Origin: the human T2T-CHM13v2.0 reference genome, Homo sapiens
Assembly (NCBI RefSeq): GCF_009914755.1
Contig: NC_060929.1
DNA length: 64,000 nucleotides
Reading direction: 5' to 3' (one strand)
The notes beneath the pieces are model-generated. The model did not search any database, was not told the origin of the DNA, and saw only the letters and a list, made by a program, of their open reading frames with translations. Below are positions 40,430-55,056 of the stretch, one piece after another (position 1 is the stretch's first letter; every line of letters starts with the position of its first letter). The translations under genes and the position numbers were made by a program.

Positions 40430-41760
40430 AACTTTCCAGTCATCAAACCTGGTCATATTACATCTACAATTATCCCCTACCTTCTTGCATCATCAATTTC
40501 TCCATCTTTGCCCAATATGAGTTCAAAAACATGCTTTGGAAAGTTCCAAAGTCCTCCATTGACTCCACATTTCCCTGGAGATGCAGATCCATTTCTCCAC
40601 TCCCTGTCACAGTAGATTTCTTGAAATAGTTATCTTTACTCACTGTCTCTACCCCTTCACCTTCCATTCACTCTTCAGCTCATGCCATTCTAGCTTTTTG
40701 GTTTGATTTCTCCAAAATTGCTCTTGTCTCTGTCATTAATACTTTACTTGCTGAAACATCCCTCAGGTCTATATATATATACTATATATATATATAGTAT
40801 TTCACAACTTCATATTCTCTTTATTTTCCTCACATTAAACTGGTGACTCTTTTTACATCAGTACAATGTATTTTCCTTGTCTATAGGACCGAGGCTCTCA
40901 TCTTTACCTAAACTCGCTGCAGAGATCATGTTCTTCCATGGCTTTCAATACCATCTATATGCTAAAGATTCCTAAATGTATATCTCTAGTTGTGTTCTCT
41001 CCCCTGAGTCTCAAGCAAAAAGCCGATTAACTACTATTAACTGCTATGCATCACCACTCAAAATAACACACTTTAATAAAAATTAAATATTCATTGCCTC
41101 TCTTGTACCCTCAATTTATTCCTTAATTGATATGATCTAGCCAAAAACCTAGCAATAATTCTCCATTCTTGTCTTCCTCTTAGCTACCCACTACATCCAA
41201 ATCAACAGTCCTACCATTTTTATGTTCAACACACATTTTTAACCTATTTTCTCCCCTCTATCTTCACAATCATTATCCTAGTCAAAGCCATGATCTATCA
41301 GTTAAACTAACTCAACAGCCTTTCAGTTGGTCTTCCTGTTCCACCATTCTATTATCCATTCTTCACAAAGTATCCAGGATAATATGTAAACATGTAGAAA
41401 GATCATATCAGTTTTCTTTTGAAAACCTGCTATAACTTCTCATTTTGTCTAGAATAAAATCAAAACCTGGTTCCACAATCTACAAGGCTCTACCTGATAA
41501 GGCCTCCCTTACCTCTGTTCCTTCATCTCCTATTACAGTGCTACTTTTCCCATTGTTTATCACACTCCAGCCACATGTTCTTCTTTCGGTTTCTCTTGCA
41601 CATCTTCCTGCCTTAGGTCCCTTGCACTTGCATTTGCCTCTACCTGGAATCATGTCTCACGAACCTCTGCAGGGCTGGCTTCTTCCTGTTTAAACTTCTG
41701 CTCAAATGCTACCCACTCATGCATGTTCTCCTTCACCATCTCATCTAAAGTAGCTTTACC
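40430..41760 (+). mobile_element. L2 LINE fragments
   Basis: Pyrimidine-rich L2 motifs (taccatctatatgctaaagattcc, cacactccagccaca, cccttgcacttgc). Confidence 0.65.
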
Positions 41761-41769
41761 ACCTCGGTC

Positions 41770-42270
41770 TCAGCTTCAGTTATCTATTGCCATGTAACAA
41801 TTCACCAAAAGCATTGTGATTTAAAACAACTATTTATTTAGTCATGACTCAAGGGCCAGCTATTTGGTCAGGGTTTTGCTGGGATAGTTTGTCTTTGCTT
41901 CACATTTTGTTATCTGAGATCACCCATGCATTTGTGGTCAGTTGGAAGGAGCCCTGGAGCTGGCTCTCAAACGCCCTCATTCACCTGCCTGGAAGTTGAT
42001 GGAATCTATCAGCTGGAGGGCCTTGATTTTTCTCCACATGGCCTCTCTAGCAGGCTAGTTTGGCCTTTCTTACAAAACACCTGGGCTTCCAGAGAATGAG
42101 AGCATAAACTAAAAGGCCTCTCGAGGTATTGCTTGAAAGTTGCACCATATCACCTTGGCCACAGTGTATTGGCCAAAGTATATCATGAGGTTAGCCAAGA
42201 TTAATGGGTGAGAAATAGACTCTACATCCTGATAAGCACTGCTGCATATAATTTTTGGTGATTTCAAATC
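41770..42270. mobile_element. MLT1-family LTR
   Basis: tcagttatctattgccatgtaacaa...ttaaaacaactatttatt...ttctccacatggcctctctagcaggctag. Confidence 0.7.
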
Positions 42271-42336
42271 TAACCTGCCTCCTTTCCTGTGTCCTCCCAT
42301 CAGTCTTTATCATATCTTCTTATTTATTTATTTCAG

Positions 42337-42508
42337 AGTTCTTAACATTATCTAAAGTTATCTTGTTTATGTATTTGTTTTCTTTTGATAATGAGTCCTG
42401 CTCCTTCCATTTCATATTTCTTTATTTTATAGTTCTTAACATTATCTAAAGTTATCTTGTTTGTGTATTTGTTTTCTTTTGGTAATGAGTCCTACTCCTT
42501 CCATTTCA
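42337..42508. repeat. Direct duplication, 78-bp core with 94-bp period
   Basis: agttcttaacattatctaaagttatcttgttt...tccttccatttca at 42337 and 42431, 3 mismatches. Confidence 0.95.
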
Positions 42509-43657
42509 GTGTGAGCTCTATGACAAGAGGCATCTTTTCTGACTTGGATATTATTGAAGCTCCAGGGATTAGAACAGCAAACAGTCCTTATTTAGCATAT
42601 GAAAAATGGTCAAGGTTTGATGGTCAAGTGAATTAATGTATGAATGAATTCATGAATTCAGAATACCTGGTTCAACAGAAGACTAGTACTTACAGTGATT
42701 TGGAATTATTTCCCTTGAATACTCTCTGGGAGCTGAATGGACAGGCTGACTGAAGATAAAAGGTGAGAAGTCCTGTGAATGATGAACAGGATTTCGTGGC
42801 CTGTTTGTGTTCTGAGTAGGTTTTAGAACAAAATTAAAATGCTGCTTTATTTTCTTGTTCAAATTCTGAATAAATAATCACAGACAGCCCTTGCTATGCA
42901 TTATCTTACTATCTTCCAATAACTGAGAATTAACTTATCATATGAAGTCCCATTGTAGCCTGCTTTCTGTGGAAGGTCCTATGTAAAGCTGAAGAAGGTC
43001 AACTAGGAATAGCCCCACATGATTTTAAGACAGCACCGAGAAAAAGAAAATATATCAAAATATTTTTTCAATTAAGATTATTTTTAAACTTCTATTTTAT
43101 CACTACATTATATTTGGAAAAAATAGAATCTCTCTCTCCCTCCCATCTAACTGGAATTTGTTTTAAATTAGTCTGAAAGATAAAATTTCATTTTAATTTA
43201 TGGATTTGTAGTTTTGGAGGACAGTAGTAGTATGGATGGATAATAGTAGTATATTTGGGGGACAGTATAGTAGTAAACTCAAAGTTATTCAGGAAAATGT
43301 AGGTCAATAGGCACTTATTGAGCATCCTGAAGACAAAGGCATGGATTAGACATATCTTCTACATTTAAGGAATTTTATTATAATGAGGGATAAAGATTAC
43401 ACAAGTGGATAATGAAAACATGAGGCATGCTGTGGTAGTGGTGTGCACACAGGGCCAGCAAGGCCATGGGAATTGTATGGCCCACCTTGTTCATCAGTGC
43501 TAGAAGATGGTGACAGAGAAGGAAAGAAATGTAGTAAATGAGCAAAAGCAAAGCGTGTTCCAAGCAATTAGAAGTAAGTCTAACCTGTGACAGGGAAAGA
43601 GTAGGGATAACTGGAGTTTAAATTAGCACCTATGCAAAAGCTGAATTCCAGCAGCTA

Positions 43658-44078
<421 letters not shown>

Positions 44079-44581
44079 TTAGTTAAGAAAGTGCACAAAG
44101 ACAAAAACTTTAGTATTTTTTTAAATGAACAAATTAATATTGCCTTTAAATTTTTTTTTATGAATCAAACCCTCAAATATATTTGAACAATTTTGTTACC
44201 TATTTATAGGAGTAGTTTCCTTTGTCCACAAACAATGCATAGTCCATGTAGAGGTTAACTGAGCTCTTGTATTAAATTCACATCCAGAGACACTGCTTAA
44301 GACATAGAGGAAGCAGCATGGCACAATGAGAAGCACATAGCTAGGCATTCCCATCCTGCCTTTCCATTTACTTAGTCTTCAGTAGCAGACAATTACTAAA
44401 CCTGTTGAGGTTCAGTGTCCTCATCTGCAAAATGAGAATAAAGACTTTCTTATGTGTATTTTTAAGGAAGTAAATATAAATGATCTTGTGATAGAGAGCA
44501 AGAGGGAGATTAGAAGCAAGGAGCTAAGTGTAAATTTCAGGTTATAGTTTGGGTGACTAGGTGAATGGTTGAGTCATTAAC

Positions 44582-44680
44582 AGAGAGAAAGAGAGAGAGA
44601 GAGACAGACACAGAGGCAGGCAGGGGCACACACACACACATACATACACACACACACATACACACCCACACACACACAGA
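44582..44680. repeat. Compound (GA)n / (CA)n microsatellite
   Basis: Direct reading. Confidence 0.92.
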
Positions 44681-45444
44681 AAGAGAATGCAGAATGAATG
44701 GCCTGGATGATGAGAGTTCAATGGAGAGACAGGGAAAAGTTAGTTAGTAGTATGAGGACAGTGGGTACCCAATCATTACTGACGACAAACCTACTTCACC
44801 TACTTACATGTTCTGGCATAGTGAGAAGAGAGATATGAGAAGAGAGGGGACTATTTTCTAAGTTCCAGAAGTGGAAGGATGAGGGAAGACAGACAATGTA
44901 AAAACAGTGCCTAATTTATTACTGTCTACATCAAATGTTCAATAAAAAACAAATTAGAACATTGAAAACATTCGTAGGTTTATTGGTATTACAAGTCTCA
45001 TGCCATTATAAGAAACAAATAAATGGGTTCAATTTGAAGTTCCATTCTCTAATCAACATCTACCAACAGTTATGGAGGTTAAGTCAAGTTATTCTACCAA
45101 CTACCATAATCTCTTTTTCTATATACTACCCTCTTGTCTTTTTTCTCTCTTCTCTTTTCTCTATCAACAGCTGAGGCAAAGACAAGTGAGTTATTCATCA
45201 CAGACTACTGAAAGTGAGAGGTGTTGAAAGGAGAGTACTAGATTTCTTGAGCCACATTCAATTTAAGGAAATGAACTGGGGAAAATATTATGTTGGTACC
45301 CAATGATGACATTATAATAATTAACATTCTTTATTTTACATGCAAGTATCCAAAAAAAGTTTCCAGTTGATCTTCTCTTCTGAAAATGTCTAAGGAGTAA
45401 CTCTATGACCAGATTATCCTTGGCAAATTGAAGTATAGATTTGA

Positions 45445-45937
45445 GGCAGGTGGAATTCAGGACGTGCTACCAGAAAATATGGCACATTGGCATTTGAGAA
45501 AACCACAGAAAAAGGAAGGTCTCTCTTACCTTCTTCTCTCTCTTCTCCCCTGAAGAAGGTCATTAAACCCTCATTGGAGAGATGCCCTCTACATACCCAG
45601 GGAAAGCAAACATTCTTATATCTGAAGTCATAGACACAGATAAGAATCTGAATAAACAGGCCTTGCTAAATTCCCCCCATCATATTGCCATTAAATCAGA
45701 CCTTCATTATCCAATTATACTTCTCACTGACTGACCACATTTTCCTCAAACCTAAGATTAAAAAGCACAAGTTTACCTGTTTCTTTGGGTTTTCATTTCT
45801 TTATGAAAGTTCCTTTGTCACAAAAACTTACATTAAATAAACTCGTATGCTTTTTTCTGTTAGTCTATCTTTTGTTACAGGTGCCACAGCCAAGAACCTT
45901 GCAACCGGTAAAGAAAACAATCTTTTCCTCCCCTACA
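45445..45937 (+). mobile_element. ERV1-class solo LTR (MER39/MER34-like)
   Basis: tcaggacgtgctaccagaaaatatggcac...attaaataaa...ttttcctcccctaca. Confidence 0.7.
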
Positions 45938-46574
45938 AGGTGTATATCCTTGCTACATAGACACTTGCTTTTGAATGGACTGTTTGCAGCTACAGACTAT
46001 CTTTAATCCTATGGCATCTGTAAAATTCAGCACAAAATATTGAGAGCCTTTTTCAACTAAATAGTTTATAGTTTTGTCTTGATCTGTTTTGGATTGAGAT
46101 ATTACCTATTTGGAGATTTTTCTTGAACCAATAGGTAGTAACTTCTTTGTATCTGTAGTCGTGGAAACAGAGCTTGACTTTAAAAACTATTAGAATAGAA
46201 AGCATAAAAATGTGGCTATTGATTCAGAGAAATGCTTGGATTTTTTCTTTTCTTCCTTGCTTTTCCCATTTTTTTTTAATTTTTCTTTTTCTTTCCTTTC
46301 TCCTGCTATCCTTCTCTACCTCTTTCTGTTCCTCATTTTTCTTTTCTTACTTCCTTATGCAATTAATACCATATCCTCTTTATCTAAGAACATTAAAATT
46401 ACACTATTTTTTTTCTTTTATTCTTTCACCTTAAAATGGAGATATTAGCAAATAGTGCCAGAAAACAAAAATATGATGACATGGGAAAAAATGGATCTCA
46501 AATATTATAGAATAGTATACTATATGTATAGAAATGAACTCAAAAGAGTTCATAGGCCTAAAGATAAAACTATA

Positions 46575-46942
<368 letters not shown>

Positions 46943-47019
46943 TTAAATTTCCATTTTTAACTTAGATTCAGGGGTACATGTGCAGATTTGTTACAAGGAA
47001 AAATGTATGAAACATATAT

Positions 47020-47970
47020 GTACAACTGATAAAATGAACTTCATTTTTATTAACATTTTTTGCTCTGTGAAAAACACCACTGACACAATAACAAACAAAA
47101 TGACATACTGGGAGAAAATAAAGAACAGTCACAACTTAATTATATGACAAATAGACCAATTTAAAAATGGGCAAAAGATTTTAATACTTCACTGAAGAAA
47201 TGCACAAAATGATTCTCAACATCATTAGTCATTAGAGAAATATAAATTAAAACTACAATGAAATATCACTATACATACTTGCTAAAATAGCTAAAGTTTA
47301 AAAGATTGACAATATCAAGTGTTGGTTGGGATGTGGAGTAACTAGAACTCCCATACATTGCTATGGGAATACAAAATAATACTACCACTTTGGAAAACAG
47401 TTGGCAGGATTTTTTTATCAAGTTAAAAATACACTTACAATATGCTTCAGCAATTGTACTATGTACTTACCTAAGATTAATAAAAATATATGCCCACACA
47501 AATATTTGTATGTGAATAATCATAGCAACTTTAATCATAATAGTTGAGAAATGTTAAAATAAAAAGTTGGAAACAACCCAATTACCCAACAAGAGATGAA
47601 TGGATAAACAAATTGTGGTATCTTCAAAAATAGAATACTACTGAGGAAGAAAATAAGAATAAATTATTGATATATACAACAATGCAGATGAATTCCAAAA
47701 AATGATACATAAAAGAAGGTGAACACAAAAGAATACATAATGTTTACCCCATCCGTGTAACATCCTAGAAAAGGCAAACAATGTTTAGTGATAGAAAGCA
47801 GATTGGTGGTTGTCTGGAGTTGGAAGGAGCAGTGTTGACTACAAAGGAGCAAAGGGAACTTTTTGGGGTGATAGAAATATTTCATTTTTTCAAATTACGA
47901 TGAGATTTCAAAAGCATATATCTTTGTAAAAACTCACTGAACTGTAGAATTATACAACATTTATATAAAG
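47020..47970 (+). mobile_element. Old L1M (L1ME-like) ORF2 end and 3' UTR
   Basis: aaaatgggcaaaaga, caacatcattagtcattagagaaat, ccactttggaaaacag, gatgaatggataaacaaattgtggtat. Confidence 0.85.
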
Positions 47971-49069
47971 ATTATTTCTTAAGAATGTATTATGGTGATA
48001 TTTTCCAGCTGAAAAGGTGATTGCATTGTCATAATTATGAAAGTTTCTATAACTTATCATTCAGATCCTTGATAAAATTTAAGTTGTTTTCATTACAGAT
48101 TATACACCCTATTTTTAAAGAGGGGTGTGATATATCTTCATAAATCTAAACAGTAGTCCTCTCCTGACCTTTATTTTAGAGTCTCTTGAGTTTTCAGACA
48201 TGGAATTCAGCAGGTAACATAAGCAGAGTGGGGTTTATAGACAATTGGTTTATCTGCACTGGACCCTAAAAGAATTAATTCCAAAGCACTCATCATCTTG
48301 AATAGATGTGATATTCCGTACTATCAATAGCTTCTAATTAGCATTTTAAAAGCCTTCTAAATGAAATATAGCAGATTCCTTTTTCTTTTTGTTTTTTCTA
48401 ATAGGTAAAGAAGAAAGATTTCTGATGCCTGATATTTGGGACACTAGAGAGAATATTATTTAACAGGAACAAAAACAAACTTAGTTAATTATTCTAGCAC
48501 AGTAAAACTGTAGTTGCAAAGGTGAAATCTATGTTGGATATTATTTATGAAATTTTAAGAAATCTAATTTGGCTTTTGAAGATCATAAAAATACAGATAC
48601 ATAATACTCAGTGAAGTAAAAAATAAAAAATCAGCACTGAATTAGTAAAGACTTTTTTTCCCTCATGAACATGTTCCGATTCCTTTTCAGGGTTTTACTG
48701 TTCAAAATTTCATTACAACCTCATTAAATGAAAACATCTTGTTAAATTCTTTAAACATTTGCTCTGATCAATTTTCAAACAGGAATTTTCAGCTAATATG
48801 AAAGGTAAAACTTAACTCTTAAAAAATGTTCAATGCTTCAGTATTCTTGATACAGAATTAACTTTATTTATTGAGGCAGTATACTGATAATGTGCTGTGG
48901 TTGTATAATGCGGGATACAAAGATAATTATTTGGGAAACTAAAATAAACAAACAAATATGCACACACTTTCTTGTATTTCAGGTTGACTGCAATTACTAC
49001 TAGAGAAGAAGCATCAAATTATTATGGGAATATGGAAGAGATTAGTTTGAGAAAGCAAGAAAAATTCAT

Positions 49070-49222
49070 GGAGCACCCCACAGCTGAGTTAGGTGACAAA
49101 TCAGTGAGCCTCACCTCAAGTCAACTGATCCAGAGTATCTGGAGGTTGTAGCCTATTCATCCAAATTGTAAAGAGGCTCTTCGGGTGATTCTCATGCATT
49201 CTAAAGTTTGAGGACCACTACT
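49070..49222. mobile_element. MER5-like hAT DNA transposon fragment
   Basis: Terminus ggtgattctcatgcattctaaagtttgaggaccact. Confidence 0.6.
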
Positions 49223-52200
49223 GTAAGTGACAGCACTTGTGCGTGTGATATTTATTGAGTAGGTAAAATTTTGATAGGTGAAAAAAGAGTGCATAAAGAT
49301 GATTTAGCAGGAAAAATGCCTAAAGACTGGAACACTTGAGGTTTAATATTATTGAGGGCCTATATCACCAGAAGAGATTAGGACTTTCTTTAGTAGACAG
49401 TGTGTAGCCGTGACAGGTTTTTCATGACAGCACTACTGTAATTATTTTGTAGTTTAGAAGCATTCTGTGGTTCGGGATGAATTGGGATTGTTCAGTGGGG
49501 CGTGTAGGAGGATGCGTTAGAGGGAAGATGGGCTGAGTAAACTCGGGCAGGTAGAACCCCTGGTCTGTTACATTAAACCATGTCAGAAGAGGGTGAAGAA
49601 AAGAGATTGGATTGGAAAGACAGTATGTTTTAGAAATAGAGTCCATTGTCTAGATTCCATGGAAAATTTTGTTGGTCCTTGATTTTTATCTGCTAGATAC
49701 CAGTTGATTTTCTCGTGAGCATGGGGTGGGGAAAGGGATTATAGTATTTGGATATATTTGGCTAAGAAGCAAATTTATTGACTCCATCCCAATACCACCC
49801 TTAGGATACTTAAAAAACTAAGAGAAGGGAAAAAGTTAGAAAAATTTGGGGAGTCCAGGTCTTCTGCAGTAGCAGAGATCTTAAAAAGACATTTCAGAAA
49901 TTGGCAAACACAGAGACAGAGTAAAAAGTGGAAGGCACTTGACTCAGATGTAGAGAATTAATAAAGGGTCCCAGAGGAGGTTGTACCTGTGTTCTGCTAG
50001 CCAAGAAAAAGTTAGACAGATGGATCTGGTGTATGTGTTGGGGAATGCATGTGTTTCCCTGTGTGTGTTTGTATTGTGAGGAAGTAAAACAAAAAGGATG
50101 ATTCAATCAGAGAAGTAGGACAGAGGCTAGAGAGCATGACATGTTCAGGGAACTTGGAGCAATTATTTTTCAAAGAAAGGGAGGTCATCAGTGCTAACTG
50201 TTACAGAAAGCAGAGGCAACAGCAGCAGTAAAGGAGCTTGACAGACAGTGTAACATCACGGAAGGGCCAAGGAGCTCTGCAGTTTGAGTGGTTCAACCCT
50301 TGAGGGAGTTAAAACCTCAGTTTTCTCATTCCTAAATGAGGATCCCAGGACTCCTTGTGAGGATGCATGGGAAATATTTAATACAGGATCTGGCACATAG
50401 AATTTTATCTAGAGGTTAGCTCCTATAATTTTTATTATTCTTTATTAACTTTCACTTTGTACTAATTTGCATCTTTAAGGTTTGAAAGTTAATCTTTATT
50501 AAGTCATTCTTTTAAGTATTTTAAAGGTCCCTAGAATATAAAAAAATTTCAAAAATGTAGATGTAAGCTTTCAAGAAAAGCACATAGAATTCTTTCTGTA
50601 AAAAAAGTGTTGTTTTTTTTTAAAAAAACCCTGAAATTTAGCACAAACATTCAAAATATAACTTATTGTGCATCTGTGCTTCCACAACCATATTTACTAT
50701 AAATCTTACCAAAATTTCACGGTCTTTCTCTCTACTTCTCATTCTTTGTCTGTTCAGGTGTTTATGTCTACATTTTGTTTAATTTAATAATATGCATGGC
50801 TCTTTCTGCCTTTTTCCTTCTAATTTCCACAGTTACACATTTAAAGATTTTCTTTATTTCTAACACAACTTTTCCTCTGGTGACTTCTAATTCCTAGTTT
50901 TCTCTTATTTCTTCTTCTCTTCTTTTAACACGGACTATATGGAGCCAAAAAAGTACTATTTATTTTGTATTACACCTTTTATTCATGAATACAAATTAAA
51001 TGAGTTGAATGAATTATCCATTATCTGTCAAAAATAAAGTTAAATCACAAAGAATTTTAAGAGTTTATTGTGAGTACAAAAGAATAGTTCATGAACTGGG
51101 AAACCTCAAGTTGAAGAATGCATGAAATCTCCATTTAACAGCAGTTCCAGCACAACTTATAGAGCCTGGAGGAGGAAGTATTTTGGCCTTTTTCATGATT
51201 AGCTGTCATATATTTGTTTTTAAGGCAACAGAGCCTGTTTAAGCTGATTTATCTGTAGCTACTGGTTTAATTTCATTGAACCATGCAGAAAAGGACAAAA
51301 TGCTAATGTCTATGCTTTGTTTATGTTCAAGGTTAAGATTTCAGGCAAATCAGGATGATTAAAATTTTGGTTACATGGCTGTGGGCAGTTGACCACGTGG
51401 TAATCTAAATTGTAGCCTCCATTTTTATTTATTTATTTTGAACACATCTAAAAGGCACCTAGCCACAAATAGCATCCCAACCAAGTAACAAGGTTTTGAC
51501 TTGATCTCCAGTCTATTTTGTTTGTTTTCACTATTTCTTGGCTTTTTAGTGACTTTTGATTTGTTTAAAAGGAAAAGATCTGCGTTATTCCGTTTTTGTG
51601 AACGTCATTTTGTTATATACATATTCCATATTTTTAGCTAAAAGTTAGCTTTTGTTTAAACAATGAAAGAAAACAAAGGATCTCTCTGCACTGGATTGTG
51701 AGAGTAAAAAAAAGCAAAATTGTTGGCAGTGCTAGGGCTTGGAAAAGTAAAAGCTTTGCATGTTTTTTAATTTAATAGCTTCCCTTGTTATGCAACTAAA
51801 CTGTATTTGTACATAGGTGGAATAAACTAAAGTTTTTAAGGGATAAATTGGGTCAGAGAAATGGAAATAAAAGGACAATATTTTTCAAGTTCTTATTTTT
51901 CAAGAGGCTTAGTATAAATTATATTTTAAAATGTTTAATTTCAAACACATTTTCTTCTCCAATAGGACAATTTTTTTTGCTTGTTTTCAATACACTGTTC
52001 CTACCAGATAGCTTCATATTTCAAATGTTCTGAAACCAATAGAGGAAACTGTACAGAAATGTATTGGCCCTGTGACTATGCCCTCTTGGAGTTTACTTGC
52101 AGTTCTGTGGTCCTGTATTTAATGAGGATTATAGTTCTTTTTTTATCCAGGGATGGGGAATCTAATAGTGTGAGCTGGGTTTATTACCCTATTCCCTCAC

Positions 52201-52363
52201 AGGGCTACAAAACCCTTCTTAGTCCACAAAATTCATCTTCAGCCATTACTCTCGAATTTCTATTTTGGAGGCATGGTTTGTAATTCTGGAATTTTTTAAA
52301 ATTAAAAGCAGAGAGACTTTAGTCCAATCTTGTACCCATTTGAGGAATGTTTTCTACAAAATT

Positions 52364-52489
52364 ATGCAACACATTATTACCTGAAGAAGTAAATAATGCA
52401 ACAAATTATTACCTGAAGAAGTAAATAATGCAACAAATTATTACCCGAAGAAATAAATAATGCAACAAATTATTACCTGAGGAAGTAAA
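52364..52489. repeat. Minisatellite, 32-bp unit x ~4 (atgcaacaaattattacctgaagaagtaaata)
   Basis: Copies start at 52364, 52396, 52428 and 52460, each with 0-2 mismatches. Confidence 0.97.
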
Positions 52490-53206
52490 GTTTCTGTCAT
52501 AGAAATGCTTATATACCAGGAGACAATTGGTCACTGTTTTAGTGAGCCCAAAGTATTATAAGATGAATAATAACAATAACAATAACTAATTATTCTTGAG
52601 CACATACTATATGGCAGGCATTGTGCTATTTGCTCTATGAGGGAATTGTTATTATTAACCCCTATTGGAAATGAGGAAACTGAGACTTTGAGAAATTCTC
52701 CAACTTCTCCCAGGACACAGGGCTTGATGGAGGCAGAGCCAGATTCAAACTCAGCCTCTCTAAATCAGAGCCTCTGATCTTAACCATTATAGGGTACATT
52801 TTCCCACCGAATGAAAATTAGTATCTCTTTAATCTCTACCCAATTAGTCTAAATTCTACCTTTTGGGGCCAACCAGATCATGTTCATTCCTCTTCCCCAT
52901 TCACTTATGTACCAAAAAGAATATTAATTAAGTACCTCCTAGGTGTTTGATATTGTTTTGAGCCTGTAATACAGCAGTGAAAAAAAGGATAAAATTTCTG
53001 CTTTCACGGTGTTAACATTTTAATCCCTTAAATCTTTTGAAAAGACCCACCAACTTCTAAGGGTTTTCCTTTCCTTAGCCCAAATATTCCTGCTTCTTCC
53101 AACCACTCATCATGGAGAAAAATTTCAAATTCTTATCAATATTGGTAGTTTCCTTCCTCTAAACATATTCTGGTTTGTAAATCATCTCTTTTAAAACACA
53201 ACTACC

Positions 53207-54246
<1,040 letters not shown>

Positions 54247-54592
54247 TACCATACATGAACATAGCAATCCACATGCTTTCTGATGGGTCAGAGAGAGAAC
54301 AGAACCATTAAAGATAGACAATTTGGGTTAATGGGTTGCTTCTGCTTATAATCTCCAAGTCTTGTCTCTCCAGACTTGTAGACTGGTTCAATTGGACATG
54401 AAAATTTGTAGCATTCAATTATTTAATTTCTGTTTATCATGGCAAAGGTCCTTAATATTAGGGATGTCCTTCGAGTGTCCTCTAGCATCACAGACAAGTT
54501 GTTGGAAGCCATCTTGCATCCATAACTGCTGTTAGAGTGATATTTAATGAGAGCTGTTAGACGGCGGTTTGGCTGAGGCACTTGGCAGACTA

Positions 54593-54611
54593 CAGCATCC
54601 TCTAGTGGTCA
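54593..54611 (-). promoter_or_regulatory. Candidate CTCF site TGACCACTAGAGGATGCTG
   Basis: Close match to the CTCF core (TGGCCACYAGRGGGCGCTR) in apparently unique sequence with a few nearby CpGs. Confidence 0.6.
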
Positions 54612-54849
54612 GATTTAAACCTCAAGACGTGTATATTCTGAATATCACAAGAAATTAACCTAAACCTTAGAGTGTCAGGCAACTGTGTTTGGCAAGTGTG
54701 CAATAGCTTTTGACTGATTATTTCTGATTCAATGGGTGATCTATTTCCTGCTGTATATTAGAAAACCTGCTGTTATCTCAGGCTCTGTTAGCTCTCTACC
54801 CAGTTTTCCATTCTAGGCTAGTTCTTCATGAGTTTGGGAATTCAAGCTG

Positions 54850-55056
54850 CTTTTTCATCTTCTTCCTCCACCTCCCCCTCCTCTTCCTCCCCCTGCCCCT
54901 CCTTCTCCTTTCCCCCTCCTCCTCCTCCTCTCTCTTCTCTCCTCCTCCTCTTTCTTCTTTCCTCCTCCTTTTCCTTCTCCTTCTTCTCCTCCTCTACCTC
55001 CTCTTCCTCCTCCTCTACCTCCTCTTCCTCCTCCTCCTCCTCCTTATTCTTCTTTT
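54850..55056. repeat. ~200-bp (CCT/CT)n polypyrimidine low-complexity tract
   Basis: Almost purely C/T on the plus strand. Confidence 0.95.

Noticed and set aside
52364-52489. 32-bp repeats of CRISPR-like length
   Set aside because: Units are head-to-tail with no unique spacers, there are no cas genes, and the DNA is human.
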